From Oikopleura dioica (Eukaryota > Animalia > Chordata), in NCBI GenBank assembly GCA_907165135.1, contig OU015567.1, positions 9,920,001 through 9,984,000 on the forward strand: DNA of 64,000 nucleotides, in the 5' to 3' direction. Positions 1-11,108 of the stretch are shown one piece after another. The notes below the pieces were generated by a model. It made no database searches and was not told where the DNA came from. It saw nothing but the letters and a program-made list of their open reading frames with translations. The translations under genes and the position numbers were made by a program. Within the stretch, counting starts at the first letter, position 1, and every line of letters begins with the position of its first letter.

Positions 1-267
1 CGGAACTGATCTGATTCCATATTTATCTGCTCCGACGGGACACTAGAGTTTAAATATACCCCCAAAAACCCCTTGAAATCTAACCTTATCGATGTCAACT
101 TTTAAGAAAGTAAGATAAGGATATTGAACTGAAAGCTCATCGAATTTCGGAGCCATCTGGCGGCACGGAGCGCACCAGCTCGCTGTAAAGTCGACGACAA
201 ATTTGCGACTGGCATCTAAGGTCCGGCCGAAGAAAGAGTCCTCATCGCAGTCTATCACTCGGCTCAT
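1..267 (-). CDS. Thioredoxin-family protein (5' part; runs off window start)
   Basis: Exon 267-85 encodes VVDFTASWCAPCRQMAPKFDELS..TFLKVDID (WCxPC active site). 42 nt GT-AG intron 84-43, then exon from 42 CPVGADKYGIRSVP. Confidence 0.9.
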
Positions 268-631
268 TCTTCAAATTTAAGTATTCAAATTTGAAGGCTT
301 GAATGTTCATTATGATCATGATTTTGCGAGACAAGAAAAACAAGAAGCATGTCAGAATATTAAATATATTTGATAACAGTTATCGAAAATTGACATTTTT
401 GAAAAACAATCTGTATTGAAAAATTTCCAGTAGTAGGAATAAAATGAAAGCAAAAACGAGTTAACAGGCAGTGCGTTAAAATACAATATGTACATTTTCT
501 AAGATGCGTTAGTTCTTGAGTACTAGAAATATTGAATTTAACCGTATTACGAAGTGAACAAAAAAGGGCAAAATGATAGTTTTCAATGGAAAAAAATAAG
601 GAGATGAGTTATCGAAACAGTCTTTGAAAGT

Positions 632-2878
632 TTAAAGAGAGTCTCTGTCGGAGTCAGAATCGGGTCGTAGTTGTTGATTGAGGGCTTTGATTTTGTTCAA
701 ATTCTGGATTCTGGTAGTCGCCGCGTTCAACATCGGCTCTGGATAATCGACTCCGATGATGGTTCGTGCTTGTTGTTGGACGTCGTTTGGCGCTTTCCAC
801 GGACAATAAATGTATTGCGTCGGAAGATTTTTCAACTCGGGGCAGTAGCGGCGAATGAAGCTACCGTCCGTGTCCCATTTTCGAGCAATTTTGACTGGAT
901 CCATCGCGCGCAGAGGCACTTGATTCGAGAATGCGCTTCCCGTCACCCAGAGAAAGTTCCCAGCATTGAGAGCATAGTCTGCGTCCAGGAGGAATTCTTC
1001 GAAAAGCTGAATGAATTTTTAATCGTACTCACAATCGAGCTCATTTTTACCTGTTGCCCGATTTCCCAGCTGCACCACATTTGCCCAACGGTCAAAAAAG
1101 AAGCCAGGGAGAATCTGGAAATGTGTGTGATCCATCCTTCGCTCTTCATCTGTCGAACGGCAGCATCTATCCACGGGTAACCAGTCATCCCTTCTTTGAA
1201 TTTTTCAATCCACTCGGCTACTCGCTCGTTTTTCGGATCGCTCCACTTGATGTCTCGGCAGATTCGATTGCCTTCGATCTTCGTGAAGTTATTGACAGTG
1301 TAGGCTACGGTATAGAAGAATTCACGGTAAATCATTTGACCCTGGACAGTCGTTCGCATCTTTTCCGGCGCGCCCTGTGCTCCGTGCCAGAATGTTCGAG
1401 GGGACATCGAGCCGAGGTTTATGTAAGGGCTAGAAGTACAAATGTGAATCATGAGATATCTCGATACTTAGGAGAGATGATCAATAATTTAAATTCCTAC
1501 CTCAGGCCCGTTGTCTCCGGCTGTGTCTCGAACCACGGCTCGGTAGTCCCGGGGATTTCGTATTCGTGATCACCAGCTTTGGAAGTACTCGGTCCTTGGT
1601 CGAATTCGAAGAGATTTTTCCTCTCAAGTTTGAATCGCATTCTTTCTAACGCCACGGTCTCTCCCCCTGGCCAGCGAGTCAACGATCTGGGGCATTCGAG
1701 TCCAAGACTGGCCAAAGTAGGGACGCCGTAAATCGCCTGGTGGTTGTCCTCGATTGTAACTGCGCATGATTTGTACATTTCTCCCGTGATTGTCGGAGCC
1801 GGAGGAGCTGGAACGTCCATGTTTCCGACGACAGAGTAGAACTCGTCGAGAGAGAGGGGCACTTGACCATCGTTAGCGTCGATGACTTCTTGAGGATCGT
1901 AAAGTGTGTGTCCGTGGAAGGAGCGAGTGACAATTTCCCGTCGATTGACCTCTTCGAGGATTTCAGCTTCGAGTTGACGGTAAAAGACCTCGGCGTCACG
2001 CATGTAGGTCATTTGGGTGATTTCGTATTCTAGAGTTTTTGGGGTTAGGGCTGATCGTAAGAGACAGTTGCTTACCTCTGCAGAAAGTCTTGATAGCGGC
2101 TCTAGCATTGCCCTTGAGCACGAACAATCTCGTCCCAATTTTCCTCAAACTATCATCCAAATCTTTGAGACTCTCCAAAAGAAATCTAATTCTGTTGTTG
2201 CCGATCCGTTCATTCGCGCGCATCCATTCAAGATCCAAGCAGAAAACACAGTAGACTGCTTCCGAGCTCCGGATCGCTTCCAAGAGAGGTCGGTTGTCAT
2301 GAAGCCTAAAATAGACAGGTAAATAAGTCTCGTTTGAAAGTTCAGATGAGGTCGGTAACGCCCTAAAGCTTACAAGAATAAAAGATGAAAATAAGGGGAT
2401 CTAGTGTCTTAACGTAATCAAAAAAAGTAAGTGGTCCTCAAATTTCAAACTTAATTCTTTCTAAAAGCACTGAATGTTTTCTGATGCATTGTTTTCGCTA
2501 TAAGTTATAGCCTATAACAGACAAAGAAGAATCGATCGTAGATTGTATAATAATGACATGGGTTCGAAAGAAAAGAGTAAAATAAGTTCATGATACTCGA
2601 TTATATAATGTATTTTTTCCACGAGCTAAAATCGATTTTTTTCGCGCTAAACTTCAATTAGCTGACGGTAAAACAAGTTTCGATATGTAATAAAATAATA
2701 TAAGTTTCATATTTAAGGTGTTATGATTTAAAACAATTTATTCCTCTAAAAGATCACTTCTATTGATAACATTTCGGTATTTTCATCTTCAAAAACAGCC
2801 TTGAAATAAGCTTGCAACTCACCTCAATCCTTTTCGGAACCAGTGAAGAGTCCTATGTCTTGTAATGTTTCTCTCCAT
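632..2878 (-). CDS. cry: Cryptochrome/(6-4) photolyase-family protein, divergent (5 exons: 2878-2823, 2305-2076, 2029-1501, 1429-1051, 1006-632; 522 aa)
   Basis: Hand-spliced through GT-AG introns into one open frame (1569 nt): HWFRKGLRLHDN, WPGGETVAL, TGLSPY, YREFF, TGYPWIDA, LLDADYALNAGN, YPEP. All are hallmark motifs of the animal CRY/(6-4) clade. Confidence 0.93.
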
Positions 2879-3259
2879 TTTTCTTATTTTCTTTCTGTTT
2901 TACCGTTTTCAGCTTTTGTCACTTCTGAGCACTTTTTTCGCTCTAGCGCGGCCCACTTTTACGCGCTGGATTTTTTATTTGGTTTTTTGCTCACTTTTTT
3001 GATTGCTTAATTTTCTTAAAAATTTCGGCTTCGAACAGTTCTCGCGAATGGACATTTCAGGCCTGGTTTTATATTGCTCGTTTTTGAAAAATATTGGGTA
3101 AAGATTACATAAGTTCAGCGCAACCTCGGAGCCAATGAAAACGACGGTAGCGCTATATTGGTGATGTTGCGGCGTTAGGGGGGTTGCGAAAATTTCGCGA
3201 AAGCTGTCAGTCGGCTGGAGGTCCGCCAATTGACTCCTTGTCCGGCATTTTGACACCTT

Positions 3260-3269
3260 GTTACGTAAT
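3260..3269. promoter_or_regulatory. D-box / PAR-bZIP consensus site upstream of cry
   Basis: GTTACGTAAT fully matches RTTAYGTAAY, ~380 bp 5' of the cry ATG. A second TTATGTAA lies at 4068-4075. Confidence 0.45.
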
Positions 3270-3614
3270 TCTTATCACTTGATTTTTACTTATACGAAAG
3301 TTTCCATCCTTCGATATCGACTAGGATATTGATTCCATAGTCTGTGAACCATAGTCTATGGTTCATAGATCACTGTATCGAAAATTGAATGCTCATCTCG
3401 TCAAGGATAAACTTGTCCGCTGGAAAGTGGAAAAGTCTAAAATGTGAGGAAGTACTGTAGTAAGAGACGTCAATTCTTAAATTTACGTATTTCTTGGATA
3501 ATCTTATATCAGATTAATGTAAGCGGCTTAGCACTAATAATATGTAAGAGAATATCAAACCACTAGGGAATCGGGAATATACAAATTCTCGGTAATTCTA
3601 CTGATGTTCAACAG

Positions 3615-3870
3615 TCAGTGTTCCAGATAGGCATCGTCAAGTTCGCAGTAAGCATTTCTGGCGCACGAGGCATCCTTTTTGTTACCCCGTTTTAGCGTAA
3701 GAGTTACGCTACGATTGAGCCAAAAATAACGCTTGTTCAAGTTGGAAAAGGCTGGCTCCGGAAGTAAGAAACATTGTTCAACTCCACCATCATTTCTACC
3801 ATCAAAAACCTTCATTGCGGATTCGTAAGGATGCTCTTTTTCTTGTTTTTGCCCGGTAAACTGCTTGAAA
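3615..3870 (-). CDS. Possible terminal exon of an uncharacterised gene
   Basis: Open frame QFTGQKQEKEHPYESAMKVFDG...AYLEH* preceded by an acceptor-like TTTCAAGCAG. No recognisable domain. Confidence 0.25.
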
Positions 3871-4325
3871 TAATTATCAAAAGAATATTTACAGTAATGA
3901 TTCTCATATTCAATTGAAAGAAAAAGTTGAAATTTTCTGGCCAGACTTTCTATTCACAAGCGAGTGGCAGACCCTAGAAAAGTGATGTCCTTAGTGGACG
4001 AAACATGAGGTCGAATTTAGGTCAGAATTTTTTGTCAATCTTCGAGAGTGTCTATTTTCGCGTTTAGTTATGTAAGAACAGGTACTCCGATTATGCAACC
4101 GGCATATACTCGTATGATCCTATTTTCTGTCGACATCGTCGAATTTGAAAAATAGAAGATTCGAGGAAGAATGTTCTCAGTTGACCATCATTTTCGACTT
4201 TTTCGAGTTTATTGCGCTAGGTTTGGATAAGAGGTGAAGTAAGAAGAGCAGAAGCTGCAGAGAATGTCTATTTGAGTCTGTCGAAGGGTTGAAAATAAAG
4301 CTGCCCATCTTTTAATAATATAAGA

Positions 4326-4831
4326 CTATTCTAGTAATGCCGTTTCGACCCATATCCTGGTTGGAACATGCGTGATGATCGGTTTCGGCCGGGTTTTGAA
4401 AATGATCTTCTCCCGAATGATTGCCTCGACGTAATAGTCGCCCTTCTCATTTCTCTCTGATCCAAGAACTCCATAAGGAGGCGAGACCTTGGTGATCTTT
4501 CCCGTCATCGTGTGATGCCCCAGCACTAGAATCGGCGTTCCAGATTCGTCGAAATGAATGTCTCCGAATTTCTTTCCACCGAATCCTTCCTGATCAAAAA
4601 TTTTTAGAGATACTTTTCTAGTGAGCCTACGTTTGGTTTATTTTCGTCTTTTTTCGCTTCTTTATCTTCCCTTAGATTCAATTCTCCTTGAATTTCAATC
4701 ACCTTCCACTCTGGAATCGTTTCGAACGGTTTCGAGCATTTTACGTAGAACTTTTATGAGGATAATAAACAGTCGCTATTTAGAATATTTTTAATTGAAT
4801 AAATTTACTGAATTGCCTTTTCCTGAACCAT
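4326..4831 (-). CDS. CHTF8: Chromosome transmission fidelity protein 8 (Ctf18-RFC subunit); exons 4831-4823, 4750-4631, 4589-4326
   Basis: [61 protein letters not shown] closely parallels human CHTF8 (MVQ..[47 protein letters not shown]). Confidence 0.9.
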
Positions 4832-5003
4832 TTTTCAAAACAAAATTTCTCTAAAAACAAAATTTTCCTTCTCGGAATTCTTTCCGAATCTTCCCTCGCG
4901 CTCTGATTGGTCGATTTCCCACGAGAATCGAGGAGCATAGCGCGCACCATAAATGCTTGCCGCGACGGTCAAAATGGAGTTTTCGGCGGGCGCCGTGCAA
5001 CTC
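4832..5003. promoter_or_regulatory. Short bidirectional promoter region between CHTF8 and U1
   Basis: Only 172 bp separate the CHTF8 ATG and the U1 start. Contains CTGATTGGTCGA (CCAAT box) near 4904 and a PSE-like GCACCATAAATG about 60 bp upstream of U1. Confidence 0.5.
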
Positions 5004-5166
5004 ATACTTACCTGGGCGGAGGGTAACCTCGATCACGTAGGGGGTTCCCTTATGGCGAGGCCGTACCATTGCACACCGGCGCGGCTGACCTGTATCTCTT
5101 TGCCAAATCGGTGGAGTGTCCGTCACAATTTCTGATAGTGGGGTTCTGCGTTCGCGCGAACCCCTT
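5004..5166 (+). ncRNA. U1: U1 spliceosomal snRNA
   Basis: 5' ATACTTACCTGG, loop I GATCACGTAG, loop II ATTGCAC, Sm site AATTTCTG, terminal stem GGGGTTCTGCGTTCGCGCGAACCCC; ~163 nt. Confidence 0.97.
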
Positions 5167-5473
5167 CCAAACTTAAACCTTTCCTCTGGAGCACGACCGA
5201 AGCGAGTCCCTTAGCTGGCTACTTCGCCAAGGACCATGGTTACGTGAAAGTTGTGGTCGGTTTCATGCGTTTCGACTCCATGTATTTGTTTTTCATACTG
5301 CAAAAATGGCAAAAAGAAGGCTCCAGTTAACGATTTTACAAGCTGCTTTTCGTCGTGAACTTCGTAAAACCTTTCGTCCCAAGTGTAGTGTAGTCAGAAC
5401 GAAGTTGCATCGAGCGGAAAAATCTGACAACCTCCAAAGGTGAACAATGTCGGTGAACTTAACAAAGAGCTTT

Positions 5474-6215
5474 GGACGAAAAAAATATATTTTGGGCAGA
5501 AATACAAAAAATTTTTTTTTGTCTATATCTTATACTAGACTTATTAAGTAGCTTCTGGGGAGCATTTTGGTGTAGTTAAGGCCGCGCTTCACCAGGTGAT
5601 TTCGAAGAAATCTGAGAAAGAAAGTCAAATCTTCTGGCAATGATTTTGGCTAGTTTTTGTTGATGAAATTTCGATCTGAAACGCTCAAATGAAAGCCCAG
5701 AAGCAGTTCTAGGGGGATCCGAGAGATTTTTGAAATTTATCAAGAAATTTTTTTGAAAAAATTTTTTCGAAAATTTTTAAAATTTTTTTTTTCATGATTA
5801 AAAATACTGAATGCTGATTGGCTTCGTTCTAAAATCTGTCTCATTATCTGATGATTGGTCGATCATCAAACATAAGTATTTAAAATTATAAAATGGAGGC
5901 TCCTGATTGGTCGAAATCATTATTTGGCGGAAATTAACGAAAGCAGAGGGGTAAGGGTAGTTTTTTGCGAGGATTTTTTTAAAAGCATTCAAAATCACGA
6001 AATGGAGGCTCCTGATTGGTCGAAATCATTATTTGGCGGAAAAAATGAAAGCAGAGGGGTAAGGGTAGTTTTTAGCGAGGATTCTTTAAAAGCATTCAAA
6101 ATCAAAAAATGGAGGCTCCTGATTGGTCGAAATCATTATTTGGCGGAAATAAGTCAAAGCATTGGGGTAAGGTTAGTTTTTAACGAGGATTTTTTATTAA
6201 TATAATAGAGGCTCC
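5474..6215 (+). repeat. ~700 bp repeat, copy A (unique outer arm plus ~3 tandem ~108-110 bp units); inverted partner of 19490-20158
   Basis: About 9 mismatches in a 220 bp stretch compared by eye with the reverse complement of copy B. Tandem unit contains AATGGAGGCTCCTGATTGGTCGAAATCATTATTTGGCGG. Confidence 0.9.
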
Positions 6216-6529
6216 TTGTTTTAAGTTTTCGTATTTCTCAGAAAAATACAAGCATGTACTTTTTCTGTGGGAATTTTTATGATTTGATCAAGACGTTTGT
6301 AAAAATATAAAATTACATACTCTCGAGCTTTGGCGCGCGTTCAAAAGCGGGTGTTGTCACGCAGCCAAGTTGATTCTTAACGACTTGGGTCATTGCCAAG
6401 GTCAAGTTGTGTGGTTGCTGGCATAAATTGCTCTCATTCTCCAAAATGACGCGCCTCGAAATGGTGAAGCGAGCTTTTCTTTTCCTTTTTCTCTTCATTT
6501 TGTATCTTAATTGCAAAAATACAGTGAAG

Positions 6530-7077
6530 TATAAATATCGAGAGCTATGCACATTTTCCCCGGACATGTGCAAAAATCGACGAATACTCGAAAATAAAGA
6601 GAAAAACAGATAACGAGAGACAACTTGAATTATTATCAAAGGATGATTTGAACAAAGAAGAAAGTGTTGTGCTCCAACTTGATAAGGCATATGATGCTAA
6701 GGTTTGTATTTTTAATTATTTAATTAATTTTTGAGGCTGATTTTTTTCATTTATTTTTCAGATTTATCTTGACACTGATATGTTTGTCTTCAAGAAAAAA
6801 TTTCGACTCTCAGAGATTTATCTTGAATTCATGGCACCTGAGAACTTGGATCTTGGAAACCATGACAATTCTAACATCAACTTTTGTTTTGTTTTGGGTC
6901 TTAATTTCATCTAATAGAACTGCTTAGAATTTTAAAAAAATTATCTTATAAATGACCCTTAATCAGATCTTTATCGTGAACTTTTTATGGAGTCTTCAAG
7001 CTGGCCTCTCATCGCTACGTTCTTTTACATCACAGACAACTTAACCGTCGAAAAATGGAAGTTTGGAAATCCAAAGG
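6530..7077 (+). CDS. DxD-motif glycosyltransferase-like gene (fragment)
   Basis: Spliceable exons ..YAHFPRTCAKIDEY..LDKAYDAK | IYLDTDMFVFK.. | DLYRELF..GNPK with GT-AG junctions. IYLDTD is a typical GT-A motif. Start and end not resolved. Confidence 0.45.
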
Positions 7078-7102
7078 TAAGTTGTTTATATTTTATTAAT
7101 TA

Positions 7103-7680
7103 TGATCAACCCATTTCCCTTACTGCCCCAAAATGGTGAAGATACAAAAAATACATATAAAAATCCAAATTCCACGAACCTAGTCACACGAACCTAGTCA
7201 CACGAACCTAGTCTTCACGAACCTAGTCTTCACGAACCTAGTCACACGAACTTAGTCATCAACCCATTTCCCTTACTGCCCCAAAATTTTTACTCTTTAA
7301 AACTGACGAACCTAGTCACACGAACCTAGTCATCAACCCATTTCCCTTACTGCCCCAAAATTTTTACTCTTTAAAAACTGACGAACCTAGTCACACGAAC
7401 CTAGTCATCAACCCATTTCCTTTACTGCCCCAAAATTTTTACTATTTAAAATTTCACGAACCTAGTCACACGAACCTAGTCATCAACCCATTTCTTTGAA
7501 TGACCGAAAATGGTGAAGATACAAAAAAAACACATATAAAAATCCAAATTTCACGAACCTTCTCTCACGAACCTAGTCTCACGAACCAAGTCTACACGAA
7601 CCTAGTCCCACGACGCATTTTTCCCGACATGGCACCCAAGAACCTAGTCCCACGAACCTAGTCCTCACGAACCTGGTCAT
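7103..7680. repeat. Compound minisatellite: CACGAACCTAGT(C) 12-14 bp units within 74-75 bp higher-order units
   Basis: About 20 ACGAACCTAGT-like copies. TCAACCCATTT recurs at 7259, 7333, 7408 and 7483. Shares sequence with the interior of the MITE at 12602. Confidence 0.9.
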
Positions 7681-8121
7681 CGGTCTCGATTTTTTGTCGG
7701 AAATTTCCGGACTTGTGCGATTCGAGCTTTTTTCGCTCAGCCCAAAATCTCCGGAATTGTGCATTCCGGAATCGTGCGTAAGGACTGTTATTGATAAAAT
7801 CAAAATAATAGTCCTTTGAATTTGTCGTTAATTAAAGTTTTATTTTAGTTTGCCTATCTCTACAAAAAACTGACGTCAGACCTTGAAGATTGCATGGATA
7901 ATTACACAAACACCCTTCAAAAATTTCAATCTTATGACGAAGGTAAATAATTTAAAGCAACTTTTATTGGCTGCTTGGCAGGTGTTAGATTAAGGATCAG
8001 ATTATGTTATAAGTAAGGGGATCACTCCATCTATTGTGACCCGCTCGGGTTAAATTTACCGTAACACAGTGTTTTCGGAGTGATGCTGTCTGCTTGCACC
8101 GAAATTCACTGACGTGATCTT

Positions 8122-8589
8122 ATGTCTGACCAATTTAATTTGTTTTTAATAGATGACGGTGAATGCAACAACAAGTTGATGTCAGCATTTTTGGTGCTTT
8201 TTAACGGCGCCGAGCGTCATCATGTTAAATTTGGGCTTAATTTCCATGAAATAAGCTCCAAAATGCCGATGACAAATTCCGATTCTGGATTGTATGAAGT
8301 ATGGGTTGAATTTTTCAAAGAATTGCTGCACAAAACAAACGAAGAAAATGTTTTCCTCGACGCAATTGACGAAAAACACGCTCTCAACTCCGCGGATCAA
8401 AAATTCTGCAAGTCTGACGTCTATATTAACACAAGTCTCAACCTGATGTATATATCTTGGATAAAACAGGAGAGTTATCGAATCCGCAAAGACGAGTCTT
8501 CTCCAAATGCAAAGTGGACCAAAATGGATTCATTACGACTAAGCCGGCGGAATATTGTGGTCGAAGGTAATTTTGATTATATTGAATGA
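8122..8589 (+). CDS. Hypothetical protein (155 aa, intronless)
   Basis: Long ORF in very AT-rich DNA with protein-like composition. No domain recognised. Confidence 0.4.
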   Translation: MSDQFNLFLIDDGECNNKLMSAFLVLFNGAERHHVKFGLNFHEISSKMPMTNSDSGLYEVWVEFFKELLHKTNEENVFLDAIDEKHALNSADQKFCKSDVYINTSLNLMYISWIKQESYRIRKDESSPNAKWTKMDSLRLSRRNIVVEGNFDYIE

Positions 8590-10658
8590 TCAAAAAAAAA
8601 AATGAAAAATTGTTTTCGAAGAAGACCATGGCTTTAGATTTCGAGCCCTTCAAATTTCTCGCAATTTTTATCCGGTTAACCCGCAGATTTTTCAGCGTGT
8701 TACTCGAGCGGAGAGTCTTTACAGGGGCTTCTCGCGGTACTAGTTCTCTTCTTGCCGCCGAGTTGCTCGTGATTACCCGTAACCCTTTCTCTGAAGCCAA
8801 TCAAACGAGCGAAATATATTCTTTCGGGGCGGAATTTCAGCGCGAAGCTCGCGATTATCTTTTCCCTTTACTCGATCTACCCGCACGGATGTCCGCGCGA
8901 GTCATCCGTCGAAAAATCTGTGGGTTATCCGGAAAAAAATGCGAGTTATTTCAAAGAATTTGAAATCGACAATTATGAAGAAAACCCTGAATTATGTATA
9001 TTTAAAATAAATAATCTAGGATTCGTTAATTCTTTTTATTAGAGAGACTGTTGTTAACCGAAATTTATAGCCCTTGAAGAGCTTCAAATCTTGAATCTTG
9101 AGAAAAATATGGGCGACTTAATAACGAATATAAAGGCAACTGATAACGTTTTGTTTAAAAAACTAAATGTGACCACAATGGCGATTACCGAAATGAAAAA
9201 GGTTTATCTAAATTCGATGAATGATCATTTGTTAAATGTTTTTCAGAAAATTGATTTTCAAGCTGCTAATGATCACGTCACTTTTTTGATGAGGGCGAAA
9301 ACTAAATACGCAAGGTCAGAGTTCGATATCAAGCTGAATTTAACGGATCTTTAATAAAACTAACGCTTCAGGGGGTAGAACTAGGTTTTTTGAAAAAAAA
9401 TCAATTGACAGAGATACAGGTATAAAAATTGGCAAAGAAAAAGCAATAAAAACGGGCTAACGAACTCTACAAAGACTGTATTCGACTATTTCAACGTTTT
9501 TACATTGTATCGAGCAATTTCCTTCGTGCCGTAATCCACTTTCAGACTTGCGTAAGCAAATGGCGTAAGAGTTTAGCAGTAACGCATTCTTTATTAAATC
9601 ATACTTAAAAATGCTTCTTGGCGAAGCCAGTAATTATTTTCTAAACTCTTGAAAGTTGTTATATGCAAAACGATATCAAAACACCAAGGGAGCGATGACA
9701 CTCTTTGTGCGGATGTTGTTGATCATGGGTACATTAAAAACATATTATTTCTCTATTTTTTGTTTTATTAAGCTTGTTGTCGATCAGATCAACTGACTCG
9801 TTTATAGAAGGTCCGAGTTTAAATTAAACTTTCTGCTCTTAGCAGCATATGGCTAATTTGATGTCATTTCCTAAAGACAATTTATTTTAAAACTTGCTCA
9901 AGGACAAAACACACCGAAATTGAGAGTTCGGCTCGAAGTATCTATTCCTCTAGAAATGATTACACAAATATTCTATTTAATTATTTAAAAAAATAAATAC
10001 GTCAAAAATATTTGTGAATAATCTATGTGCAGAAATGAAAAAAGTAAAGAAGGTGAAACTGACAACTCTTCCAAGAATCGAAGAAATTGGGAACACAATG
10101 ATCATAAAGGTAATAATGAATCTGCGAGCGAGCAGAACTATGTTGTGTGATTCTTGTGTATTTTCGTCTTTTTTTTCTCAAATAACTCCATTTACAAGCG
10201 TATCTGCAATGAGCCAAGAACGGTTTTCATCGACGATGAACTCAATCTTTACAACGTTGACTAGGGGTCTAAATAATAGCCGACATCAAAGTGCTAAAGC
10301 GAACTTAATTTCGATCCCTTTTGTTTCGCAATAATGCAAATTTAGACCCTTGCATCGACTCAAAAGACTGCATTAATTCCTTGAGATCGACGCATTTTTG
10401 CCAATCAAGGGAAATTTCTACTGGTCTCTTCAAAGCTCAGCACCCGCTTGTCTGTTCATCAAGCTACGATGGAGAAATTGAATACTTCTATAGAGAAGGA
10501 ACGGTTAAAGTATACTATTTTTACAATAAAATTCTGAATCGGTTTTTCGGCTTTGACGGGCTAGGATTTAAGGTGTTTAAACCCGAGTCAGGGTCTTGAG
10601 GGCTTGAATAAACTGCCGCTAAACGGTTTTTTAGAGGTGTAAAAACCTGAGTCAGGGT

Positions 10659-11108
10659 GTGGAATGCTTAAACTTAATGCCGTTAAGCAGTATTTTTTTA
10701 AGGGTTGAAAACCTGAGTCTCTATAACGAAATATACAAATTAACCTTCGAAGATGAAATTTGCACGGCGACAACATTGGATTCTTACCGCGCCACTGGTG
10801 CAAGAGCGTTGTTAATTCCAAATCATTTTGGTCAAACATGTTTCAAAAGAGAAACAACACCTTATACTGTGGTAGTCGGAAAAGAAGAAAAATTCATCGA
10901 GGCACTGGAACGTGAGCAAGTGTTCATTCATCGGGACAACGTCATCGTAACAGAGCTTGGGGAGTATAACGACACGGTCTTGGAAACTTTGATTAGTTCT
11001 CTTGATCTCGACGAAAAGGAAAACGACCAAATCGAACAGTTGAAAAATTTCGAATTTCGAAATTTTGAAATTGTGAAGGGAGGGTTTTTATTGCGTGCTA
11101 GGCTTTAA
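10659..11108 (+). CDS. Hypothetical protein (intronless ORF)
   Basis: 149-codon ORF with globular composition. No domain recognised; start uncertain. Confidence 0.4.
   Translation: MECLNLMPLSSIFLRVENLSLYNEIYKLTFEDEICTATTLDSYRATGARALLIPNHFGQTCFKRETTPYTVVVGKEEKFIEALEREQVFIHRDNVIVTELGEYNDTVLETLISSLDLDEKENDQIEQLKNFEFRNFEIVKGGFLLRARL

Noticed and set aside
671-1569. Plus-strand ORFs of 169 and 171 aa
   Set aside because: Antisense shadows of cryptochrome exons with no independent motifs.
1-4831. Possible trans-spliced operon CHTF8-unknown-cry-thioredoxin (all minus strand)
   Set aside because: Co-orientation is real, but intergenic gaps are hundreds of bp and cry has its own promoter-like motifs; needs SL-read data.
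4851-5135. ORFs on both strands over 4851-5135
   Set aside because: They overlie the U1 snRNA and its promoter, so GC-rich RNA sequence explains them.
5370-5400. AGTGTAGTGTAGT as a Polinton/Maverick terminus
   Set aside because: No inverted counterpart near 20160-20200 and no recognisable integrase, polB or ATPase inside.
5798-6205. ORFs in the ~108 bp tandem units (also 19496-20056)
   Set aside because: Produced by repeat periodicity; not protein-like.
7103-7680. CRISPR-like appearance of the ACGAACCTAGT array
   Set aside because: No unique spacers, eukaryotic context and no cas genes; it is a minisatellite.
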